Shown here: piece by piece, positions 57,597 to 64,000 of the stretch | Layout of the letters: each line of letters begins with the position of its first letter | How positions within the stretch are numbered: position 1 is the first letter of the stretch | NCBI GenBank assembly: GCA_030614005.1 | Contig: JAUWKS010000002.1 | Span: 96,101 to 160,100, forward strand | DNA length: 64,000 nucleotides | Reading direction: 5' to 3' | Source of the DNA: Candidatus Heimdallarchaeota archaeon | Lineage (GTDB): Archaea; Asgardarchaeota; Heimdallarchaeia; JABLTI01 | Program-made: the position numbers and the translations under genes | The notes under the pieces: generated by a model | The model's database searches: none | What the model was told of the DNA's origin: nothing | What the model saw: only the letters and a program-made list of their open reading frames with translations

Positions 57597-58400
57597 TTAT
57601 TCTTGCGTACTAAATTTTTTGTGCTTGTCAGTATCAATTATTTTTTGTGTTACTAAACGGAATTTAATTGAAGTTTCTATAAGAAAAGCGAGAAAAACTG
57701 CAGCTAAAACAATATGAATAATAAACAATACTAGAAACATTGGTTCAGTGTTAGCATTTAATACAAAACCGTTACCTATAATACATTGTTCAATTATTAG
57801 TGCATCTGAATTATAGAAAATGAATTTTAGCAAAATTATTGGATAAGAAAAGAATCCAGTAAACAATCTTCGATTCTTATAGCTAAAATTACCAACCATT
57901 TTTGTATGAATTATTGATATTGCATAGAAAGAATATCCGATGAAAATATATCTAACAAAATAGACTATTTCGAAAACAATGTATGATGATTTCACTAGTG
58001 AATCAGTAACATCCCAATTGCTACTAGTATATATAAAGAACACTAGGAGGAAAATAGCTATTATTATATCGATAATTATTGCTATTAACTGACCAATAAC
58101 TAAATTTCTAAAACCGTTTTTGACATTATCATCATTTATTTTTGTTCCAAATCTTTTCATTATACTTAAAACAATAGCCAATGAGGTTATACTCCCACCC
58201 AAGAAAATTACTAAACTTATAGCATTATTGAGCGAAAAAATCATCACACTATATAAAATAAAACTTGTAATTATCACTGAACTACAAGATTTCAAAAGAT
58301 TATAAGCAACATAAGGTTGATTGCCGAAATGCGAAATTGTATAATTAGAATAAGCTTCAGACATTATTTCTCTAAATCCACTAATAATAATTGTATACAA
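57597..58400 (-). CDS. Polytopic membrane protein, hypothetical
   Basis: 267 aa with multiple hydrophobic helices. Confidence 0.4.
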   Translation of the reverse strand: MYTIIISGFREIMSEAYSNYTISHFGNQPYVAYNLLKSCSSVIITSFILYSVMIFSLNNAISLVIFLGGSITSLAIVLSIMKRFGTKINDDNVKNGFRNLVIGQLIAIIIDIIIAIFLLVFFIYTSSNWDVTDSLVKSSYIVFEIVYFVRYIFIGYSFYAISIIHTKMVGNFSYKNRRLFTGFFSYPIILLKFIFYNSDALIIEQCIIGNGFVLNANTEPMFLVLFIIHIVLAAVFLAFLIETSIKFRLVTQKIIDTDKHKKFSTQE

Positions 58401-58596
58401 CCTAGTATTTAAAGCGAATCATTTGAATCCCAGTTTTTATTGAAGAATCATTTTCGACACTTGATTGCGCTTCCCTAGGTTTTCATTTGTAAAAAAAATT
58501 AATAGCATTTCTTTAATAGAAAAATAATTTATTATTGGAAGATCTATTATTTATATTCCAATAATGAACTTTTTTTTCAAACTAAAATCTCTGTGT

Positions 58597-59319
58597 TTAT
58601 GGTTGCAACCTTCTTTTTAGATCCTTATTTCTTGTAACACGAAAATGTAGATAGAGTAAGAATCCTCCAGATAGAACCGCAGGCACTAGAACATATAACG
58701 ACCACCCTAATTTGAGAACACTAAAGAGATAATTTGTAACACATACATCAACTATTAGGCAAATTATACTTGTTCCAAATAAGATAAAAGCTGGTATATT
58801 CAATCCTTTATTTTTTGATTTCAAAGTTCCAAATGCAATTATGAAGCTTGCTACTCCAATAGAGGCAATTATTGGCAAGGCTACTCTAACATACCAATTT
58901 AAGGTTCCATTATCTATTAGATCAATAACTAAAAAGTAGACTAATAATGGAATAAATTCACCTGCTGCTAATACAACAATTTTATTTGGAAAAAGCAGTG
59001 GTGCTGAAATCATAAACCACATAAGTAACAAAGTTGCAGTTGGGTATAGTGCCCAAGTAACTGTTTGATCTATTATGAGGTTTGTTGTTATTGATATTAT
59101 TAGTGGAATAACTAGTACAACGCTTGTAATTTCAAAAGCTAGCAACCGTTTCTTCTTCTTCTCTTTCGGTGGTTTTTGTTCATCCTTTGGAACATCATCC
59201 GGATATTTGCTTTTATAATCGGGTTTTTCTTCATCAAGTGGTTGTAATGTAGTATTACATAGTGGGCATTTTAGTATATTTGCTTCCACTTCTACACCGC
59301 ATCTTGGACAGTAGGTCAT
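58597..59319 (-). CDS. Zinc-ribbon + polytopic membrane protein, hypothetical
   Basis: 240 aa with an N-terminal CPRCG...CPLCN followed by 5-6 TM helices. Its start codon abuts the start of duplication unit B. Confidence 0.45.
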   Translation of the reverse strand: MTYCPRCGVEVEANILKCPLCNTTLQPLDEEKPDYKSKYPDDVPKDEQKPPKEKKKKRLLAFEITSVVLVIPLIISITTNLIIDQTVTWALYPTATLLLMWFMISAPLLFPNKIVVLAAGEFIPLLVYFLVIDLIDNGTLNWYVRVALPIIASIGVASFIIAFGTLKSKNKGLNIPAFILFGTSIICLIVDVCVTNYLFSVLKLGWSLYVLVPAVLSGGFLLYLHFRVTRNKDLKRRLQP

Positions 59320-59364
59320 TGGACTATCACCAAATAATTTTTTATTATTATTTTGCTTCTCTGC

Positions 59365-60504
59365 CTATGCTTCAAGCCTTCTCGTCTTCGAGGTGGTTGT
59401 CCTCTCAGAGAGAGCAGTATCATGGTCAGTGAAGGAAAGCATCTCAGCATCCATAGCAGTATCAAGTTCTTCTCTTCTACTTGCCGATAATGAGATAATT
59501 TCATTATGTATTACTAATTTTCCATTATAAAAGTCATTTATTGCTAAATTTACCATTAACAAAAGATGATTTTTCAAGTAATTTTTTCCATACTGGAAGG
59601 ATTCTACTATCCTTTCAAGATTATCTGAAAGAAGGAGATAATTATAAAGTTTTAGATGATTAACTTGATTCACTTCAATATCTTTTTTTAATTGCTGAAA
59701 GTCAATCTTCCCTTTTGACTTGTCATAGCGAAAGGTTGTCTGGTATGGCTTCTTTCGAGTGATGTAAGAGGCAAGTCTATCGTAATACTGCACTATTGGT
59801 AGGAGCATATTGGTACTTCCTTCTCCATTGTGGTGGTTTAGACAAGCTTCTCTAACTTCTTCATCTACGATGTCTATCTGTTGGAAAATTTTACTGTTGT
59901 GTTTCTCTGTGTGAACAAAATCGTGTAGCATGAGAGCAATAAGCAATCTTTGTAATTCCTCAGGGTAATCTGCTCGTAAACCAGCTCGAATTTTGAATTT
60001 CTTATACTGCCATGTTTGATTACAAGAAGTACATCGTTTGCGTTTAGAATTTTTATCATAGATTGTTGTTGAATTCTTGCATTGAGGACATTTCTCAGAT
60101 AAAGGAACGGTTACAGTAGGATCTGTTTTTGTAAAATGCTTGATTTCACATGATTCCCAAAGGACTCTACCATACCCTTCAGCAGTCTTTGGACCCAAGA
60201 ATGATTTCTGGAGAAATGGTTCTATTTTCCTCTTTAGCTGTTCTTCTGAAAACCCCACACAACTGATTGTAACAAATCCTCGGAACCCATGTAAGACCGT
60301 AGGATACTGATTCTTGCCATAGACCAATTTACCTATAGTTGAAAAGAGAGGTTTAGTTTCCTTCTTTGGATCTCCGACCACTTTTACCAAACACCCGTGC
60401 TTCCAATATGTTGATTGAGAAACGACAATTGGATTCACCAACCGACCCACGAGTGTAGCAATTTTCTTTTGTTTTATTTGTATGTTTTCCATGCGTCTAA
60501 ACAT
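59365..60504 (-). CDS. RAMP-like/Zn-finger/HD-like fusion protein, copy 3
   Basis: 379 aa, collinear and highly similar to 778-1917 (GPKTAEGYGRVLWE; CPQCKN..CTSCNQ; LMLHDFVHTEKH; NHLLLMVNLAINDFYNG). Confidence 0.45.
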   Translation of the reverse strand: MFRRMENIQIKQKKIATLVGRLVNPIVVSQSTYWKHGCLVKVVGDPKKETKPLFSTIGKLVYGKNQYPTVLHGFRGFVTISCVGFSEEQLKRKIEPFLQKSFLGPKTAEGYGRVLWESCEIKHFTKTDPTVTVPLSEKCPQCKNSTTIYDKNSKRKRCTSCNQTWQYKKFKIRAGLRADYPEELQRLLIALMLHDFVHTEKHNSKIFQQIDIVDEEVREACLNHHNGEGSTNMLLPIVQYYDRLASYITRKKPYQTTFRYDKSKGKIDFQQLKKDIEVNQVNHLKLYNYLLLSDNLERIVESFQYGKNYLKNHLLLMVNLAINDFYNGKLVIHNEIISLSASRREELDTAMDAEMLSFTDHDTALSERTTTSKTRRLEA

Positions 60505-61418
60505 TCCTGTAATAGTTGATTTTGATATGTAGTTCTTTCTTCCTCAATGATAGCTAATTTCCCATCACCATTTTCTTGCCCTAATTTTCTCTCGAAAACT
60601 ATCTTCTCATACGAAACATTTTTTATCTCAAGACGACCATACCCACTATTTTCTCCTCGACCAAGATACTTTAAAGAAAAAATTCCATCAATAAGTAGCC
60701 CAAGTAACCATTGTGGGAGAGATTCTGAAAATTCAACATAGAATTGAAACTCTCCACTGAAATATTGTTCACTAAAATCTTGCAAGACTTTTCCATCTCT
60801 TCGTGAAGCATGACGATTCTCAGTAGAAACATGAACAAATGAAAGGCCTTTTTGAGCAGTGATTTTATTAGAAGGTTTATCGGTTTGTACGAGAGCATCA
60901 GTCCATACTCTTATAGGGGACTTCTCACCAAGCATACCAAATAACTGTCTTACAGGGCATGGGTTCTCTCCACATTTACCCATAAGATGCTCGTTGATTA
61001 GTAAGGTTGGTTCATTGTTTCCTTGAAATCTCTCTTTCATAGTAGGAGAGCAATATTCAATTCCTCTGTTATGTAGAATCTCCATGATACTATGTCTAAT
61101 TGCACCACGAACGCCTTTAACCATCCGAGAGCTTCCAAGTTCTTCTTTAAGAGTAAAGACTTGAATTTTAGCGTCGTTTTCCTTTCCTTCTGCTTTAACT
61201 TTTAGCTCGTTAAAATCATCAAGAATCAAATCTTTGTTGGTTAAGAGGAATTCCTCTAATTCTGAAACCTTAACATTTGTTCTACCTTGAAATTGATAGG
61301 GAACGTCTCCCCCTTTCATAAGAAAGGAACTTTTACCGCTACTTCCATTAAGCGTTTTCGTAAACCAAGCATATACCTTAACTGTTAAACGATTGAAAGT
61401 GTGTGTCATAATCATCAT
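60474..61418 (-). CDS. Cas7-like RAMP protein, copy 3
   Basis: 314 aa with MVKGVRGAIRHSIMEIL, GKCGENPCPVRQLFG and GRGENSGYGRLEI, collinear with 1887-2819. Confidence 0.55.
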   Translation of the reverse strand: MMIMTHTFNRLTVKVYAWFTKTLNGSSGKSSFLMKGGDVPYQFQGRTNVKVSELEEFLLTNKDLILDDFNELKVKAEGKENDAKIQVFTLKEELGSSRMVKGVRGAIRHSIMEILHNRGIEYCSPTMKERFQGNNEPTLLINEHLMGKCGENPCPVRQLFGMLGEKSPIRVWTDALVQTDKPSNKITAQKGLSFVHVSTENRHASRRDGKVLQDFSEQYFSGEFQFYVEFSESLPQWLLGLLIDGIFSLKYLGRGENSGYGRLEIKNVSYEKIVFERKLGQENGDGKLAIIEEERTTYQNQLLQECLDAWKTYK

Positions 61419-61514
61419 ATAACATTAATGATTCATTACTTTTAAAGGTTTCTAATTAGTATTTTTAAAGAATGTTTATATTGCCGTATTCAGTAATTCT
61501 AATTTGTGGTAAAA
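61419..61514. promoter_or_regulatory. Divergent promoter region, cassette 3
   Basis: 96 nt AT-rich spacer between divergent genes, the same arrangement as in the other cassettes. Confidence 0.25.
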
Positions 61515-61685
61515 ATGAGCGAAGAAATACCAAAAATAGTATGGAAAAGGAAAGTAATCTACAATTCTGGTTCATTTCGAATATCATTGCCGATAGAAAT
61601 AGCTGATGCTTTTGATATTCAAAAGGGACAACTACTACAACTGTCTGTTGAAGGAAAACGGATTATCGTCGAACTAATTGATTGA
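61515..61685 (+). CDS. AbrB/SpoVT-family DNA-binding protein, copy 3
   Basis: MSEEIPKIVWKRKVIYNSGSFRISLPIEIADAFDIQKGQLLQLSVEGKRIIVELID; 56 aa, below the ORF-track cutoff, homologous to 2912-3100. Confidence 0.6.
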   Translation: MSEEIPKIVWKRKVIYNSGSFRISLPIEIADAFDIQKGQLLQLSVEGKRIIVELID

Positions 61686-61721
61686 AATTTTTAGCCATAT
61701 TAATTTAATTATTCAATAATC

Positions 61722-61796
61722 TCCCATGTGGAGCGTCGTTTATCACCGTAGGGGATAAACAGCGACTGCATGAGTCTGCTCCGAGCAAGGACATTG
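61722..61796. ncRNA. Candidate structured non-coding element, copy B (partner 3123-3197)
   Basis: Flanks are identical to copy A. The central hairpin differs (ttatcaccgtaggggataaa vs gaatcactgtaagtgatgaa) yet is still foldable. Confidence 0.3.
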
Positions 61797-61841
61797 AAAG
61801 AAAATAACAACTATCTAATAATAGTTAAATCAAAAAGGGAT

Positions 61842-63536
61842 CTAATTCTTTCCAAGTAATTCCTTCGCTAAACACGGTCGTAACTCTGGCTTAGATTCCC
61901 AAATTTCTTTTATCTCAGACGGGGACTTCTTAACGGTTTCTTCTGCTAAAGTTGTCCGCTTATCACACTCAGCCAGAGTGATCTCTTTTGCACACAGAGA
62001 GCATTTCTCAGCAAACGTTATCAATAACTCTCGTTCTTCTTGAGTTATATTCTTAACATCAAATGTTAATACAACAATTGCTTTTTTTAATCTACTTGTA
62101 TCTTGCACTGTTTCTGTTGGTTCTTGCTTTCCTACTGAACTAATCTGTTTGTATTCCATTTCTTTAAATTCATCTAATATCACCAGTGCTAAAAATTGTT
62201 GTAATTCAGTTTCTTTCTTCCAGACTTTGGGGATGTTTTCAATCCATTGAGTGTTTTCCTCTTCTGTTATTCCTAACAGGCTTTTAGCTATACTTCTCTT
62301 ATCAACAATCTCTTCTGGTGAAAGTTTAGCATAATCTATTGTTGCAGCTACTATCTCAAAAATCTGTTTTGCTTCATCTATCGTCTCACTATCGGACAGA
62401 GGATAATGAGTCATTGTCTCTTGAGGTACTTGTTTATCCGGTTCTTCTTCCTTTTCATCTTGTAGTAATTTTAATCCCATTCGCTTTTTCTCTTCGAGTG
62501 TCTTTTTATCGACTTGGAAAATCTCTCCGTAATACCTGAAGAATACCTCCAGACCATCAATTTGATCAAACTTGCTTAAAGCTGTTAGTTCTCGTATCAA
62601 ATGACAGATTGAACATAACAAGAACTTATCCATTAGCTCAGGTGTTAATTCCCATTTCGTATATTTTCTAAGATATAGCTTTACTATATGTCGAAGTTCT
62701 TTGATATTGTATATTCGATCGTGTAAACACTCCGCTGTAAAATCATGTTTATCAGTAGTAGAACAAACTTTCTGTATAATTTTAGTCAATTTAGGATCTC
62801 CTTCAAGATTTTTCATAAAATCAAAAAACAAAACTTCCGGGGGTTCGGTTTCCATCACTATATCTTCCTCCTCCTCCTGTGAGAATGCTTCACCTATCTC
62901 AAAAGAATCATCATCAAAAGCAGTTTCAACTGTTTCGGGAGAACTCTCCTCGATTCTAATTAAATCCGTTTTTTTATTATTCCATCTCTTATTGATCCGT
63001 TCTTCATAATCTTGGATAGTTGCATTATTTGCATCAATATTCATCAAATAATAATAAACTAATAACAAGTTAGTGAGCAATGATTTTATTTTTGATATAC
63101 CTACTTTTTTCTTTTCTCTCTCTTTGAGTATCTTCTTGCATCCAAGAACACAAAAGGTCAATATCCTAACTGAATTTTTCTTATGTGTTTTGTAGAATGT
63201 TAATCCCTCTTCTGTTCTACGCAGGTGTTTTATTATCTTACTCTCTATTACACTAATCGTTTCATCAATCAAGGTTTTGTTTAGTTCTCTATCACCGGTC
63301 TTTCCCTTGATGAATTGGCTGAGAATGATATTTTCCTCGGATACGTCCTCGATAATTGCTGACCAATCTTGCATCATACATATTGGAAAGTGGTCAATTG
63401 CTCTTGGACATGGAGCTTTGAATAACTCTTGGTAGGCTTTCTCAGTCTTGGAAATATTCTTCATAAGTTTCAGTCCTCCAATTGTAGTTTTCTCCCTTAG
63501 TATCAAAACCATACGAGGAAGTTTGTAATTTCTCAA
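61842..63536 (-). CDS. Hypothetical protein (acidic, Cys pairs)
   Basis: 564-aa ORF with no recognisable motifs other than scattered Cys pairs. It overlaps the upstream ORF by 95 nt in another frame. Confidence 0.4.
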   Translation of the reverse strand: MRNYKLPRMVLILREKTTIGGLKLMKNISKTEKAYQELFKAPCPRAIDHFPICMMQDWSAIIEDVSEENIILSQFIKGKTGDRELNKTLIDETISVIESKIIKHLRRTEEGLTFYKTHKKNSVRILTFCVLGCKKILKEREKKKVGISKIKSLLTNLLLVYYYLMNIDANNATIQDYEERINKRWNNKKTDLIRIEESSPETVETAFDDDSFEIGEAFSQEEEEDIVMETEPPEVLFFDFMKNLEGDPKLTKIIQKVCSTTDKHDFTAECLHDRIYNIKELRHIVKLYLRKYTKWELTPELMDKFLLCSICHLIRELTALSKFDQIDGLEVFFRYYGEIFQVDKKTLEEKKRMGLKLLQDEKEEEPDKQVPQETMTHYPLSDSETIDEAKQIFEIVAATIDYAKLSPEEIVDKRSIAKSLLGITEEENTQWIENIPKVWKKETELQQFLALVILDEFKEMEYKQISSVGKQEPTETVQDTSRLKKAIVVLTFDVKNITQEERELLITFAEKCSLCAKEITLAECDKRTTLAEETVKKSPSEIKEIWESKPELRPCLAKELLGKN

Positions 63537-63999
63537 TTTCAGAGTCGTAATCGATCAAAAAACTGAAAGCTTCGGTAAACGAGAGTAATTCCTCTTTCAT
63601 CAACCCTTGAAGAATCCATTGAAAAGCACATTTGGTCAAATTTCTACGATCATCATTGGTTACTGCTCTCTTCCCCATTTTCAATTCATCATCAATGCTT
63701 GTATTAACCATAATAGAAAGACTATCAAGGAAATCAGAGAAATCATCATTCAATTTCACAGAGATGTTTTCCCAACCATCGTAATCTTGTATGACAAATC
63801 TACGTGAGGATTCTTTCAAAATCTGAGCTAATTTTGTTTTCTTGAAAAGAAGACAATCACCTTTCTCTGAGAAAAGAAAACTACATTTTGAGAGGCAATT
63901 CTGCCCTAAATTTTCCACCTCTTCTTTCAACCGTGCATTATCTTGCATTTCGATTAATTCAGTATCAGCATCTTCGAGCAGATATGATTGGTTACTCAA
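63442..63999 (-). CDS. Hypothetical protein (possibly the N-terminal part of a frameshifted gene continuing into 61842-63536)
   Basis: 185-aa ORF on the same strand as, and overlapping, the next ORF. Confidence 0.3.
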   Translation of the reverse strand: MSNQSYLLEDADTELIEMQDNARLKEEVENLGQNCLSKCSFLFSEKGDCLLFKKTKLAQILKESSRRFVIQDYDGWENISVKLNDDFSDFLDSLSIMVNTSIDDELKMGKRAVTNDDRRNLTKCAFQWILQGLMKEELLSFTEAFSFLIDYDSEIEKLQTSSYGFDTKGENYNWRTETYEEYFQD

Positions 64000-64000
64000 T

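Larger units (their letters stand above)
59324..61796. repeat. ~2.46 kb direct duplication unit, copy B (partner 740-3197)
   Basis: See copy A. Same gene order and orientation, about 58.6 kb downstream of copy A. Confidence 0.7.

Noticed and set aside
1-64000. CRISPR array anywhere in the window (expected, given the Cas1-, Cas4-, Cas7- and Cas5/6-like genes)
   Set aside because: I scanned all intergenic regions by eye and found no regularly spaced 25-40 nt direct repeats. The only short direct repeats are the three iteron-like units at 33689-33803, which are too few and irregular for a CRISPR array, and the segmental duplications.

Overview
This is an AT-rich archaeal chromosomal fragment. 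Its markers (ESCRT-III/Snf7, a Rag/Gtr-like small GTPase, a histone-fold protein, archaeal-type GluRS, family-B DNA polymerase) point to an Asgard/Lokiarchaeia-like genome; that lineage call is an inference.

Layout of the window:
- 0-17 kb: mostly housekeeping genes (GluRS, ADP-forming acetyl-CoA synthetase alpha/beta, Nif3-like, PPAT, PolB, ESCRT-III), interrupted by a ~1.1 kb GC-rich, purine-skewed island at 5.0-6.1 kb.
- 17.3-25.3 kb: a tandem array of paralogous surface proteins, three beta-helix-repeat proteins alternating with two secreted CarbopepD-like proteins, with duplicated intergenic segments.
- 25.39 kb: a tRNA-like gene carrying long intervening sequence.
- 25.5-56 kb: an accessory/defence-like island immediately downstream of the tRNA.

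The island contains the following.
- CRISPR-less RAMP cassettes: an AbrB-like regulator gene divergent from a Cas7-like RAMP, followed by a small-RAMP/Zn-finger/HD-like fusion. There is one cassette in the island, two more at 0.7-3.2 kb and 59.3-61.8 kb, and one decayed remnant.
- Three paralogous ~530-aa LAGLIDADG-motif proteins with C-terminal HTH.
- A DUF4258-like toxin-like gene.
- A four-gene operon encoding a winged-helix/Zn-finger/Cas1-like fusion plus a Cas4-like Fe-S nuclease, preceded by iteron-like repeats.
- A 1747-aa NERD+STAND NTPase.
- A solo TnpB (IS1341-type).
- A 1392-aa protein in an operon with an SF2 helicase-MZB(DUF1998)-calcineurin-phosphoesterase fusion.

No CRISPR array was found anywhere in the 64 kb.

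The 0.7-3.2 kb and 59.3-61.8 kb cassettes are a ~2.46 kb direct duplication (by eye ~85-90% identical). Each copy ends in a conserved hairpin-containing non-coding element.

The most unusual content is the set of CRISPR-independent Cas-like modules: the repeated RAMP cassettes and the Cas1-like/Cas4-like operon.
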